From: an uncultured Lachnospiraceae bacterium
Lineage (GTDB): Bacteria > Bacillota > Clostridia > Lachnospirales > Lachnospiraceae
Direction of reading: 5' to 3'
DNA: 64,000 nucleotides
NCBI GenBank assembly: GCA_910585895.1
Contig: CAJUHY010000004.1
Location: forward strand, 5,010-69,009
Positions 19,172 through 29,962 of this stretch are shown here, piece after piece. The notes beneath the pieces were generated by a model. That model was given only the letters and a program-made list of their open reading frames with translations, was not told the origin of the DNA and did not search any database. Position 1 is the stretch's first letter. Each line of letters begins with the position of its first letter. A program made the translations under genes and the position numbers.

Positions 19172-20726
19172 AGAATTACATGTTCCGCAAATATCAAAGG
19201 ATGTCAGGAAATTGCTCATTATCTTAGCAGCAGCGGCAATACTGTCTTTGGGGCTGGAGCGGATATTAGCGGCACTGTTTTATGGCAATGACGGTTTTTA
19301 CCTGGCAAGGTATGTGGGTATCTTTGTGATTTTGGAACTGACGGCGTTGTTGGTATGTTTTCGCGAGGTTGTTGCGAAAAAGGCAGAGATTGCAGTCCTG
19401 GTGATTATTCTCAGTATCGGTACGCTGTACGACGTGGCGCTTCCGTCCTCCTGCGGTATCTCCTGGGATGACGAGTGGCATTATTACTATCCGATGCTGA
19501 TATCCCATGCATTGAACCCGGGTATCACCGAGGCGGAACTGTATTATATGAATAATTTTCCGCAGACTGCGTTAGAGCATAAGAATTATGATAGAGAAAG
19601 CCAGAAAATAACGTATGAAGAGATAGAGAGTGCGTATGACCCGCAGAAAGCTGCGCTGTCGGAGCGTACTCTGCCTGGTTACCAGAGGCTTTGCTATCTG
19701 CCGGCAGCGTTTGGGCTTTGGCTGGGAAGGCTCTTGCACCTGCCGTATCATATTACGTTTATGCTGGGGCGCTGGTTTAACCTGCTGGTATATGCTGCTT
19801 TGATATATTTAGCAATACGCAAGCTGAAGTCAGGGAAAATGCTGGCAGCTGTGGTGGCACTGATACCGTTTAATCTGTTTATGGCGTCCTCTTATTCGTA
19901 TGACCCATGGATTTCAGGGTGGCTGATGTATGGCTGCTGCTGTTTTTTCGGAGAACTGCAGCAGCCGGAGAAAAAGATGAATGTCCGTGAATGGGTTTGT
20001 ATGCTGTTTGCATTTTTTATCGGCGTGGGGCCGAAAATGCTGTATATCCCGTTGGTATTGCTGACATTGTTTCTGCCGAAAGAGAAATTTGTCAGTCCGC
20101 GGCAGCGCAAAATTATGCTGGCAGCGGCGGCTTGTGTATTTGTGGTTGTATGTATACGGATGCTTTTCCTGTTTGCTTCGCCGGGCGGTGGGGCGGTTCA
20201 GGATGCGCGCGGCGGCGAGGGTGTGGATGCCCTCGGTCAGATTTCCTACATTTTGACTCATCCGTGGGAGTACACGAAGATATTACTGGGATTCCTGGCG
20301 GAGTATGTATCGCTGGAATCATCGGCGCGTTATTTCTCATACCTGCATTATTTTACGAGGCTGGAACCTACCGTATTTTCATCTTTAATGGTGGCAACCC
20401 TGATAGTGGTAGCTATCACCGATAAGAACGAATATGATGTGAAAGTCAGGATTTTGCCCAGGGTAGTATGTTTTATTCTGGCGTTTGGCGTTCTATGTCT
20501 GGTGGCGACCTCTATGTATATTGCGTTTACGGCTGTGGGCAGCGATACGGTGAAAGGATGCCAGTACCGCTACATAGCGCCAATATTGTTTCCCGTCCTG
20601 TATTGCATGGGAAGCGGGAAGATACAGAACAGGATAAAGAGGGAGTATTACAATGGCATTGTGTTAACTATCTGTGCGTTTGTGTCAATCCATGCCGTAT
20701 GGGCGTATGCCATTAACCTGTATTAG
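19152..20726 (+). CDS. DUF2142-like polytopic membrane protein (putative GT-C glycosyltransferase)
   Basis: WDDEWH luminal motif, YLPAAFG, SYSYDP, GCQYRY; many TM segments. Confidence 0.7.
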   Translation: MKWITGKELHVPQISKDVRKLLIILAAAAILSLGLERILAALFYGNDGFYLARYVGIFVILELTALLVCFREVVAKKAEIAVLVIILSIGTLYDVALPSSCGISWDDEWHYYYPMLISHALNPGITEAELYYMNNFPQTALEHKNYDRESQKITYEEIESAYDPQKAALSERTLPGYQRLCYLPAAFGLWLGRLLHLPYHITFMLGRWFNLLVYAALIYLAIRKLKSGKMLAAVVALIPFNLFMASSYSYDPWISGWLMYGCCCFFGELQQPEKKMNVREWVCMLFAFFIGVGPKMLYIPLVLLTLFLPKEKFVSPRQRKIMLAAAACVFVVVCIRMLFLFASPGGGAVQDARGGEGVDALGQISYILTHPWEYTKILLGFLAEYVSLESSARYFSYLHYFTRLEPTVFSSLMVATLIVVAITDKNEYDVKVRILPRVVCFILAFGVLCLVATSMYIAFTAVGSDTVKGCQYRYIAPILFPVLYCMGSGKIQNRIKREYYNGIVLTICAFVSIHAVWAYAINLY

Positions 20727-20741
20727 GAAAGGAGTTTACAA

Positions 20742-21896
20742 ATGAAAGAACAATTTGAGCTGACAATACTGATGCCTTGCCTGAATGAGGCGGAGACATT
20801 GGCAGCCTGTATCGGTAAGGCAAAAACTTTTCTTGCAGAGAGCGGCGTCAATGGAGAGATTGTGATTGCGGACAATGGAAGTACGGACGGTTCCAAGCAG
20901 ATTGCCGTAGAAAACGGAGCCAGGGTTGTGGAAGTGCAAGAGAAAGGCTACGGTGCGGCGTTGATTGGCGGCTGCAATGGCGCCTTAGGAAAATATGTGA
21001 TTATGGGGGATGCGGATGACAGTTATGATTTCCTGCATCTGATGCCGTTTGTTGAGAAGCTGAGAGAGGGATATGACCTGGTGATGGGTAACCGTTTTAA
21101 GGGTGGCATTGAGCCGGGAGCTATGCCGCCATTGCACCGTTACCTGGGGAATCCAGTACTGTCCTTTATTGCAAGGCTGTTCTTTCCCTGCAAGATTGGT
21201 GATTACCACTGCGGTCTCAGAGGCTATCGGCGGGAGGCGATTCTCAGTCTGGGGCTGGTGACTACTGGTATGGAATATGCCAGTGAGATGGTAGTAAAGG
21301 CAACCCTGAACCACCTGAAGATAGCAGAAGTGCCGACTACTTTGAAGAAGGATGGGCGTTCTCATGCACCTCACTTAAGAAGCTGGTCGGATGGATGGCG
21401 TCATCTGAAGTTCTTATTGATGCACAGTCCAAATTGGCTGTTCATGTACCCGGGGCTGATTTTGTTTGTGATTGGCTTAATTCTGACTGTTGTCTTAAGC
21501 CTGGGCAATATCCAGATTGGTTCAGTCGGACTCGGCGTGCATACGCTGATGTATGCGGCAGCGGGCATGATGGTTGGCGCTAACCTGGTAATGTTTTCCC
21601 TGTTTGTGCGTTCCTATGCCAGCATAACGGGATTTATCCCCACGGAAAGCAAGTTGGATAAATGGCTGGAGGATACCACCACCGAGAAAGGGGTTGTTAT
21701 CGGGCTGGCGCTGTTTTTGCTGGGTGTGATAATCACCATTGCTGCATTCTGTATCTGGGGCGGTACAGGATTTGGCGGGCTGTCACCGGAGAAAATGATG
21801 CGAATTACAATTCCGGCAATGCTCTTGATGGTGGTGGGCATTGAAGTAGTATTTGGAAGTTTTTTTATCGGTATTTTGCATATCAAACATAAATAG
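20742..21896 (+). CDS. Polyprenol-phosphate glycosyltransferase (DPM-synthase-like GT2) with C-terminal TMs
   Basis: MPCLNE, DNGSTD, GYGAAL, GDADDSY, MGNRF. Confidence 0.88.
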   Translation: MKEQFELTILMPCLNEAETLAACIGKAKTFLAESGVNGEIVIADNGSTDGSKQIAVENGARVVEVQEKGYGAALIGGCNGALGKYVIMGDADDSYDFLHLMPFVEKLREGYDLVMGNRFKGGIEPGAMPPLHRYLGNPVLSFIARLFFPCKIGDYHCGLRGYRREAILSLGLVTTGMEYASEMVVKATLNHLKIAEVPTTLKKDGRSHAPHLRSWSDGWRHLKFLLMHSPNWLFMYPGLILFVIGLILTVVLSLGNIQIGSVGLGVHTLMYAAAGMMVGANLVMFSLFVRSYASITGFIPTESKLDKWLEDTTTEKGVVIGLALFLLGVIITIAAFCIWGGTGFGGLSPEKMMRITIPAMLLMVVGIEVVFGSFFIGILHIKHK

Positions 21897-21964
21897 AACC
21901 AGTAAGAAAGACGAGGCAAGAACAAATAGGAAAAGGATTAGGCAATAGATTAAAGGAAAGGCTT

Positions 21965-24124
21965 ATGAGAGATAAGATATTAACATGGATAAAAGGACAT
22001 AAACTGCTGGTAGTTTTTCTGGCAGCTGCGCTTATCAAGCAGCTGCTGGTGATAGGGCTTCCTATCTGTCCGGCGGTTGGTACGCCCTGTGATGATGAAT
22101 TGATGCGGGATTGGGCATTTTCTATAGCGGGATTTGACTGGCTGGGAGATTTTAATGCCTATACATTTATGAAAGAGCCGGGATTTGCAGTATTCCTCGC
22201 AGTCTGTTATCGGCTGCATGTGCCCTATATTTATGCCATTACCTTTGGTTATTCCGTATCATGCATGATTTTCAGCATGGCGTTAAAGAATATTTTCTCC
22301 TCAAAGAAATATGTGCTGTGCATATATTTGCTTTTGCTGTTCCATCCTATTTCCTATTGCAGTACCGTTCTGCAGAAGATATACCGCAATGGGCTGGGGG
22401 TAATATTGACGCTCTTTGTTTTCGGCGGGCTGCTTCACCTGTATTTTTCCATCTGTCAGGAAAGTAGGCGAAAGCCCTTGTTTTGGTCAGCTTTTACCGG
22501 GTTATCGCTGGGTTATCTGTGGATAACCAAAAGCGATACTGTCTGGATTCTGCCCTTTACTGTGACAATATGTCTGGTCATGTTTTTCATGCTGCTTGTC
22601 AAATGCAGGAATTTCAAAAGCCTGCCCAGGTACTTGTGCCTGATTCTCCCATTTCTGGGGATATTCTTATGTACGAACGGTGTAAAATTTATGCATACTC
22701 AGCGGTACGGCATCTCATCCATAGAATATTATGGAGCGGCTATGGATGGGTTTACCCATATCAAATCCGGACAGAAAAATGAGAAAATTCTGCTGTCCAG
22801 AGAACAGTTAAGGAAGCTTTATGAAATTTCACCGACATTGGCGAGTGTGAAAGAGCCGTTGGAAGCTTCTATGGACGAGCACAGCCTGTATGACACACAT
22901 CCGGAGGACGATGAGGTGGAGACCGGCTGGCTGGGCTGGGCATTTGTGCGGGGATTTAAAGATGCTGGAGTTTATGAGGACAGCGAAAAAGCGAACCTTT
23001 TCTTCAAAAATCTCTATGAGGAGATGGAAGCTGCCTTTGCCGACGGCAGGCTGGAAAAGACGGTGGTTCCCAAAGCACAGAAATATTATGTGGACACACC
23101 GGCACACCGCAGGGAACTGCTGGGGCGTACCTTGGAGGCAGTCGCCTATATGGCAAGTTACCGCAAGACAAGCGCAAGGCTGTATTCAGCAGAAAATAAG
23201 AAAACAGAGGCCAGCGTCAAGGCTTTTGAGCGCATTGCCAGAAATGCAAATGTGCCTCACAGCCACAAACATGATTATGCCATAGAAGGGTGGATTGTAT
23301 TCCCCGAATATGAGGGACAGAAACTTAACGTATATGTGGAGGATGAAGACGGCAGGCGTTATAAGAAAATGAAATTCAAAAAAAGTGAAGATGTCTATAC
23401 ATATCTCAAGGATGAGTATCCAGAACTGGAGAGTGCGCGCAAATGTCATTTCCGTACCGGCTGGAATATTGAGGATGGCAAGAAGGATACGTCATGGTAT
23501 CTGGGCGTGTACCTGGCGGATACAGCAGTTGGGGGTAAGAAACAGAGAGCAAAATCATCTTTAGACAAGGATAGGGAACAGCAAGCAGGATTACCTGCTT
23601 TGGGTAATGAACAAAAGGTGGCGAGCGTACAAATCGAAGAGAACGGATTTGTATCTGTTTCTGGCACAGAATTTATGGCATCCCTGGATATGTATTCGAG
23701 CAGGCAGGATGAGGGAAGCCGGGCGGCCGTGGGAGTAATGGCTGTAAAGCGGCTCAACCGCATAAGGATGCTCTATCGCGCAAACGGCAGTAATCTGCTG
23801 CAGATAAGCCTCTTTGCCTATGGTGTTTTGACGGCAATATTTCTCTGGGGACTGCGGAAGAAAGATTACAGTTGTGTAAATGCCTGGCTTATTGTTACCG
23901 GACTGGGCTTAAGCATTCTTGTTTTGGCGGCAGGCATTGCCTATGTGGACCTGACGCAATGCCCGGCAATCAAGACGCTGTATCTAAGCTCCGGGTATCC
24001 GCTGTTGATGAGTGCGGAATTTATCAGCTTATGTAAATGTGCGGAGATGGCGATTTGCCAGGTGAAGAAAGTAAGAGAGAAAGTACAGTATAATATGAAG
24101 AAGCGCATTGTTGAACAGATATAA
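21965..24124 (+). CDS. Large polytopic membrane protein (GT-C-like) with extracellular domain
   Basis: Acidic DDELM after TM1, a TM block, a large soluble insert and C-terminal TMs. Confidence 0.6.
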   Translation: MRDKILTWIKGHKLLVVFLAAALIKQLLVIGLPICPAVGTPCDDELMRDWAFSIAGFDWLGDFNAYTFMKEPGFAVFLAVCYRLHVPYIYAITFGYSVSCMIFSMALKNIFSSKKYVLCIYLLLLFHPISYCSTVLQKIYRNGLGVILTLFVFGGLLHLYFSICQESRRKPLFWSAFTGLSLGYLWITKSDTVWILPFTVTICLVMFFMLLVKCRNFKSLPRYLCLILPFLGIFLCTNGVKFMHTQRYGISSIEYYGAAMDGFTHIKSGQKNEKILLSREQLRKLYEISPTLASVKEPLEASMDEHSLYDTHPEDDEVETGWLGWAFVRGFKDAGVYEDSEKANLFFKNLYEEMEAAFADGRLEKTVVPKAQKYYVDTPAHRRELLGRTLEAVAYMASYRKTSARLYSAENKKTEASVKAFERIARNANVPHSHKHDYAIEGWIVFPEYEGQKLNVYVEDEDGRRYKKMKFKKSEDVYTYLKDEYPELESARKCHFRTGWNIEDGKKDTSWYLGVYLADTAVGGKKQRAKSSLDKDREQQAGLPALGNEQKVASVQIEENGFVSVSGTEFMASLDMYSSRQDEGSRAAVGVMAVKRLNRIRMLYRANGSNLLQISLFAYGVLTAIFLWGLRKKDYSCVNAWLIVTGLGLSILVLAAGIAYVDLTQCPAIKTLYLSSGYPLLMSAEFISLCKCAEMAICQVKKVREKVQYNMKKRIVEQI

Positions 24125-24195
24125 AAAGAAGATTAGATATTTTTGCGATTGTAATAGGAGTTTTCAGAATATGTGTGGGCATAAGGAGGAATGGC

Positions 24196-25848
24196 ATGAA
24201 TTTTAAAACACAGGCAGGTATGGGAATGCGGCTGTTGAGACAATATGGAGCCAAAGATTTTTATTGCAGATTTCGGGAGTGGTGCAATTTTCAGACTGGA
24301 AACCACCGTTATCAAAAGAACCGCAGCAGTTATTTCCCAGACGAGCTGGAATTGGAAAGGCAGCGCAACGCAGTGTGGGAGTTTGCGCCTCTGATAAGCA
24401 TTGTCGTGCCAACCTATGAGACGGCGGAGCATTTTCTGCGCCAGCTCATAGATTCTGTATTGGGGCAGACGTATGGCAATCTCGAATTGTGCCTGGCAGA
24501 CGGCAGTTCCTCAGATTGTGTGGAAAAGGTTGTAAAGACGTATCAGGACAGTCGTATTTCCTATAAACGTCTGGCTAAAAATGAAGGCATCTCGGAAAAT
24601 ACGAACCAGGGGTTTGCCATGGCTAAAGGAGAATATCTTGCGCTTTTGGACCATGATGACCTCTTGACAGAGAATGCTTTGTATGAGATGGTGAAAGTTT
24701 TGAATGAGCAGGAAGTAAGGCCGGACATGGTGTATTCCGATGAGGATAAGATGGTGGGGGATTCCACTGAATACTGCGACCCCAATTTTAAGCCGGATTA
24801 TAATGAGGAATTGCTTCGCAGAAACAATTATATTTGTCATTTTCTGCTGTTCTCCAGAGAAATTTTGCAGAAAGCGGGTGGGCTGGACGGAACATATGAT
24901 GGAGCGCAGGATCATGAGTTCGTATTGCGCTGCCGCAAATATGGCGCGAAGTTCTGCCACATTCCTAAGGTTTTATATCATTGGCGGGTGCACCCATCGT
25001 CCACCTCATATAATCCTGAATCTAAACTATATGCTTATGAGAACGGTAAGAAGGCAATCAGGGATTATCTGAAAAGCTGCGGTGTGGAGGCAGAAGTAGA
25101 GCTAACCAAAGATTTAGGCGTATACTGGGTTAATTATGTGCGCAATCGGAAAATGCGCGTGGCGGCGCTTGTTCAAAACGATAAGCAGTTGGAAGTATTA
25201 AAAGAGCATACATTTGTTTCTGAATTTACAGATATTTCTTGGCTGTGTACCGAAAAGCATGGGAACAGAACGCTGGAAAAGATAAATGCAGATTATATAT
25301 TGATTGCGCGTGCTGGAATGCTGCCGAAGAAAGAGGACTGGCTGGAGCGGATGCTGGCGTTTTGCCAGGAGGAGCGGGTAGGCGCTGTCAGCGGAATTTT
25401 TCGTGACATGAGGAATAGGATTCTGCAGAATGGCATGATGGTATCCAGAGGGGGTAAGGTATATCCCTTGTTTGAAGGTTTGTCTAAGATTTATACAGGA
25501 TATGCGCACCGGGCAGCGATTCCGGGAAACGTCAGCACGTTGCCTCTGGATTTTGTGCTGCTCTCGAAGAAAGCGTGGGAGGAAGCGGGCAAGTTTGACG
25601 CGGGATACTCATTTCCGGCAAGAGAAGTAGACTTTTTTGCAAGAATGCGCAGATGCGGATATGAAATCGTGGCAGATCCTGAGGTGGAAATTCGCTGTCC
25701 CCGGGGGTTTGCCTGGGATTATAAAGTGAAACCGAAGGAATTTGCGCGGCTCAAACAGCAGTGGGGCAAAGAATGGCAGCGTGGGGATATGGCTTACAAT
25801 GATAATTTCTGGGATGGAGACGGAACGTTTACCTTCCGCAGGCAATAG
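24196..25848 (+). CDS. GT2 glycosyltransferase (RfbC/WsaE-like) with degenerate second GT domain
   Basis: SIVVPTY, LDHDD, YSDEDK, GAQDHE, LYHWR. Start moved to ATG 24196, behind AAGGAGG. Confidence 0.88.
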   Translation: MNFKTQAGMGMRLLRQYGAKDFYCRFREWCNFQTGNHRYQKNRSSYFPDELELERQRNAVWEFAPLISIVVPTYETAEHFLRQLIDSVLGQTYGNLELCLADGSSSDCVEKVVKTYQDSRISYKRLAKNEGISENTNQGFAMAKGEYLALLDHDDLLTENALYEMVKVLNEQEVRPDMVYSDEDKMVGDSTEYCDPNFKPDYNEELLRRNNYICHFLLFSREILQKAGGLDGTYDGAQDHEFVLRCRKYGAKFCHIPKVLYHWRVHPSSTSYNPESKLYAYENGKKAIRDYLKSCGVEAEVELTKDLGVYWVNYVRNRKMRVAALVQNDKQLEVLKEHTFVSEFTDISWLCTEKHGNRTLEKINADYILIARAGMLPKKEDWLERMLAFCQEERVGAVSGIFRDMRNRILQNGMMVSRGGKVYPLFEGLSKIYTGYAHRAAIPGNVSTLPLDFVLLSKKAWEEAGKFDAGYSFPAREVDFFARMRRCGYEIVADPEVEIRCPRGFAWDYKVKPKEFARLKQQWGKEWQRGDMAYNDNFWDGDGTFTFRRQ

Positions 25849-25853
25849 AAAGC

Positions 25854-27281
25854 GTGGTTGTTAAGTTGGGACAGAACAAGCAGAATCTGAAAAATGTGCT
25901 TATGGTAGTGAGCAGCAATGTGCTCACGATACTTGTTTCATTATTTACGGGATTTATTTTGCCCAAAGAACTCAGCATAGAAGATTATGCATATTACAGG
26001 GTATATCTGCTGTATATTGCCTATGCAGGTTTTTTCCACTTTGGGTTTGTAAACGGCATTTACCTGAAATATGGAAATCTGGACGTAAACCAGATTCCCA
26101 AGAAAATTTTCCGAACCTACAGTTATTTTATGGTACTCATGCAGGCATTGGCAGTTGTCGGGCTTTCTGCAATACTGTTTGCGGGCGGGTTTTTCATGGA
26201 AATGGATAAAGTAATTGCCTTTGCCTTCGTGGTCATTAACATCCCATTGATAAATATCAAGTGGTTTTACTCTTCGATTAACCAGTTCACAAAGAGGTTT
26301 GTGATTGACAGCTATGTTACGTTCCTGCAGAATATTCTTAATCTGGCAATGGTATTATTTGTGATACTTTTTGGATGGTATGATTACAAAATCCTGCTGG
26401 TAATTTTAACCATTTGCAATCTCCTGTGTATGGTGATTACGATATGCCAGAATAAGCAGATTCTCTGGGGCAGGAGGGAGCCGCTTATCGAAGTGGGTAT
26501 TCCTGCCCTGATTAAGAGCGGATTTTTCCTGATGCTCAGTGAATTTATCGGACTTATCATCCTGGGCATAGACAGTATGTTTGTCGATAATCTGTTCAGT
26601 CAGACGGACTTTGCCATGTATTCCTTTGCGGTATCGGTGATAGCGGTTATTTATACGCTGATTACTGTGGTGTCCAATCTGGTTTACCCCTACCTGGTCC
26701 GTGTATCTGTAGAAAAATATGCGGAATATTATGCGCTGATGAGTGATGTGCTGGTGGTTGTGTCAATGTTTTCCATGCTGGCATTTTATGTGGCAGAATT
26801 TGCCATCCTCAAGTGGTTGGGCAAGTTTACGCCGAGTATCCCGGTGATAGGAATTTTATTCGGCACCATTGTATTCCGTACCTTGATTACCCTGGTTTGC
26901 GGCAATTATTTTAAGGTCTTAAAAATGATTAAAGAGTACACAGAAAATAATGTGTTTGCCATTGTAATATCGTTTGTCCTCAATGTGGCTGCGTATCTGC
27001 TCTTTCATGATTACACATACATTGCTGTGGCGAGCCTGTTGTCGTTTATCATCTGGTTTGTGGTGACGGATGGAATTTTTATCCGCCGACTGGAAATTTC
27101 TGTATATGGATATGCGGTAAGGTACATTTGCATTTTGGCAAGCCTTGTGTTATTTTATGTACTCAGGGATGTGGAGCCAATACGCGCATTTTTTATTTAT
27201 TTTGCCGGCTGCGCCGTGATTTCTTTGCTGTGCTTTTACAGGCAGATGAAAAAGGTAATTTCCCTGGTGCGCGCGAGATAG
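25854..27281 (+). CDS. wzx: Wzx-type oligosaccharide flippase
   Basis: About 12 TMs, LPKELSIEDYAYY and HFGFVNGIYLKYG typical of MOP flippases. Confidence 0.8.
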   Translation: MVVKLGQNKQNLKNVLMVVSSNVLTILVSLFTGFILPKELSIEDYAYYRVYLLYIAYAGFFHFGFVNGIYLKYGNLDVNQIPKKIFRTYSYFMVLMQALAVVGLSAILFAGGFFMEMDKVIAFAFVVINIPLINIKWFYSSINQFTKRFVIDSYVTFLQNILNLAMVLFVILFGWYDYKILLVILTICNLLCMVITICQNKQILWGRREPLIEVGIPALIKSGFFLMLSEFIGLIILGIDSMFVDNLFSQTDFAMYSFAVSVIAVIYTLITVVSNLVYPYLVRVSVEKYAEYYALMSDVLVVVSMFSMLAFYVAEFAILKWLGKFTPSIPVIGILFGTIVFRTLITLVCGNYFKVLKMIKEYTENNVFAIVISFVLNVAAYLLFHDYTYIAVASLLSFIIWFVVTDGIFIRRLEISVYGYAVRYICILASLVLFYVLRDVEPIRAFFIYFAGCAVISLLCFYRQMKKVISLVRAR

Positions 27282-27341
27282 ATTTTTAGGAGTTCCTGAC
27301 AATATAAGTCAGAGGGGAATTTAGAGGAGACGAAAGAAGAA

Positions 27342-28292
27342 ATGAAAAAAATCAGTTTGATTATTCCTTGTTATAATGAGGAAAGCTGTCTGCCGGCCTT
27401 TGACAGGGAAATCGCTAAACTTGTCGAACAGATGCAGGGATACCAATTTGAAATCCTCTATATCAATGACGGTTCTGCGGATGGAACGCTGGCGATGATA
27501 CGCAGGTTTTCCCAAGACAGGCCCTATGTCCGTTATCTTTCATTTTCACGGAATTTTGGCAAGGAGGCGGCGATGTACGCAGGATTCTGCAATGCCACCG
27601 GGGATTATGTGGCGGTTATGGATGCAGATTTACAGGACCCGCCCCATATCTTGCCGGAAATGCTGAAAATTCTGGAAACCGGAGAATATGACAGCGTTGC
27701 CACACGGCGGGTGGACAGGGCGGGAGAGCCGCCAATCCGTTCCTTTTTTGCAAGGATGTTCTATAAGGTAATCAATAAGATTTCCGATGCCGATGTCGTG
27801 GATGGAGCCAGGGATTACCGCTTGATGCGGCGGGAAATGGTGGATGTGATTGTGGAGATGGGAGAGAGGAACCGCTTTTCCAAAGGCATTTTCGGCTGGA
27901 TTGGCTTTCGCACCTACTGGTATGATTTTGAAAATATAGAGCGGACTGCCGGGGAGACCAAATGGAATTTCTGGAAGCTCTTTAAATATTCGATAGATGG
28001 GATTGTAAGTTTTTCTCAGATGCCGCTGACCATTGCTTCCTGGATGGGCGTGGCATGTACGGGATTTTCCTTGCTGGCAATTATTTTCATTGTCGTGCGT
28101 AAGCTTCTGTGGGGTGATGAGGTGCAGGGCTGGGCGTCTAATATGTGTGTGATGATTTTTATTGGCGGTGTGCAGTTGTTCTGTCTGGGCGTTATCGGAC
28201 AGTATGTAGGCAAGACGTATGTGGAGACGAAAAAGCGTCCTCACTATATCGTGAGTGAGTGCAGTGACGAAAAGATAAAGAAGATTGGCTGA
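27342..28292 (+). CDS. GtrB/CsbB-like bactoprenol glycosyltransferase
   Basis: IPCYNEE, FSRNFGKEAA, MDADLQDPP, two TMs, YVETKKRPHY. Confidence 0.92.
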   Translation: MKKISLIIPCYNEESCLPAFDREIAKLVEQMQGYQFEILYINDGSADGTLAMIRRFSQDRPYVRYLSFSRNFGKEAAMYAGFCNATGDYVAVMDADLQDPPHILPEMLKILETGEYDSVATRRVDRAGEPPIRSFFARMFYKVINKISDADVVDGARDYRLMRREMVDVIVEMGERNRFSKGIFGWIGFRTYWYDFENIERTAGETKWNFWKLFKYSIDGIVSFSQMPLTIASWMGVACTGFSLLAIIFIVVRKLLWGDEVQGWASNMCVMIFIGGVQLFCLGVIGQYVGKTYVETKKRPHYIVSECSDEKIKKIG

Positions 28293-28314
28293 AATGCTGA
28301 TAAGGAGTGGCAAA

Positions 28315-29847
28315 ATGATTGATGATATGAAAAGGTTTGCAAAGATACATAGAAAAGGTTTGTTTGTGAATGCGGTTATGGTATGTATCTGCTATCTGCA
28401 CATGGTCTTCTCTCAGAATGTGGGTGTTGATACGGAGCGGATGATTATGGATGCGGGACCGCTGCTCGATTCCTGGAAAGCAATTGGCAGACAGGGACTT
28501 GTTCTGAGCAAGGCAGTGTGGATGCCGGGAGGTTATAACCCATATTTTGCGGGAATTGTATTTCTGGCAGGCTTTATGCTGCTGGGGTCGCTTATCGCTT
28601 ACCTCTGCTGGACCATGGGCGGCAGGGATGATAGATACCCCTATGGGCTGTTTATGGTTCTTTTCAGCGTGTGCCCGGTGTGGATGCCGCAGTTTTATTT
28701 CGCTCTGCAGAGGCTGGAGGTAGCGCTGGGGCTGCTTTATGCAACGTTGTCAGTTTTTGCTTTGGGGCGTATGGTTTTTAACAGAGAGTATAAGATATGT
28801 TTGGCAGTATCCTATCTGGCGTTCGGGGTTTGGAGCTTTTGTTCCTATCAGGGCTGCGTGGCATTTTATATCGGTCTTTGCATTATGGTTTTCCTCATGG
28901 ACTTTGTAAGAAGTTATCAAGAAAAGCCATGGAATGTGTATGCGTTGGCGATTCTTAAACTGATAGGCGGCTTTGCGGCAGTCTATCTTGTGAATGCGAT
29001 AATCACACGTGTATTTTTCGGACAGGGGCAGTATTTAACGGGGCAGATTCTTTGGGGAAGCGCCCCTGTTTCTGATATTATCCGCAATGTTTTACGGCAT
29101 GTAAAAAATGTGCTTTTGTGGGAGGGGGCGTCACACCGTTCCGTATATCCTGTTGTGTGCATCTGCCTGGCGATTGTCTGTCTGGCATTCTGCATGAAAA
29201 AGCATATAAAGAAATCTGTAAAGTTCGTATTTTTTCTCGCTTTGGCAGGTCTGTTGGCAACGCCGTTTCTGCTGACTGTTTATATGGGGAATGCTCCGGT
29301 GGTGCGCTCCCAGTTTGCATTACAGCTGGTTTCTGCATTTGGCTGTATGCTTGCATACGGAATTTGGAAAAAGGAAGGAGGGAAGAGGTATCTGTGGGCA
29401 CGCAGGGCAATGATGGCAGTCAGCGTGGCAGTAATCTGGTTTAGTGTCAGCACGGTTGCGCGGCTGCAATATACGGATGATGTGCGTTATCAGGAGGATG
29501 TACGTGTGGCAAGTGAGATTGCCAGGGATATACAGCGGACAGAAGGGACAAAGGACCTGCGCGTGATTTTTGTGGGGGGATATGGAGCGCGCCTGAACTG
29601 CGCTGCAGAAGGCAATGACATGTACGGTGTATCTATGCTGGGATGGGACTACACGCCGGCTAACCCTATTGGCTCAACAGCCCGCGTCATAGACTTCATG
29701 CATACTTTGGGCATTGAGGTAAATGGGACGCTGGACCATCAGGAGGAAGCGGTAAAACTGGCAAAAGAAATGGACCATTATCCGAATCCTGGATATATTT
29801 CGGTCCAGGACGATTATGTCATAGTCAAGCTCTCCGATATAAATTAA
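28315..29847 (+). CDS. GtrII-like glucosyltransferase (GT-C)
   Basis: VDTE...W..IGRQG, SYQG and YPNPGYI...DYVIVKL patterns; directly follows the GtrB-like gene. Start set at ATG 28315, behind AAGGAG. Confidence 0.78.
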   Translation: MIDDMKRFAKIHRKGLFVNAVMVCICYLHMVFSQNVGVDTERMIMDAGPLLDSWKAIGRQGLVLSKAVWMPGGYNPYFAGIVFLAGFMLLGSLIAYLCWTMGGRDDRYPYGLFMVLFSVCPVWMPQFYFALQRLEVALGLLYATLSVFALGRMVFNREYKICLAVSYLAFGVWSFCSYQGCVAFYIGLCIMVFLMDFVRSYQEKPWNVYALAILKLIGGFAAVYLVNAIITRVFFGQGQYLTGQILWGSAPVSDIIRNVLRHVKNVLLWEGASHRSVYPVVCICLAIVCLAFCMKKHIKKSVKFVFFLALAGLLATPFLLTVYMGNAPVVRSQFALQLVSAFGCMLAYGIWKKEGGKRYLWARRAMMAVSVAVIWFSVSTVARLQYTDDVRYQEDVRVASEIARDIQRTEGTKDLRVIFVGGYGARLNCAAEGNDMYGVSMLGWDYTPANPIGSTARVIDFMHTLGIEVNGTLDHQEEAVKLAKEMDHYPNPGYISVQDDYVIVKLSDIN

Positions 29848-29898
29848 AAGGAGGTGATACAGGCGGAAGTCCAGGGAGAGAAGGGGATTTTATAATTA

Positions 29899-29960
29899 CA
29901 AAAAGAAAGGGATAAAAGGGATTAAGAAAGCTTCAAAAAGAAAGGGATAAAAAGGGATTA
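29899..29960 (+). repeat. Direct repeat of a purine-rich 26/27-mer upstream of the ATG
   Basis: CAAAAAGAAAGGGATAAAA(A)GGGATTA at 29899-29924 and 29934-29960. Confidence 0.85.
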
Positions 29961-29962
29961 GA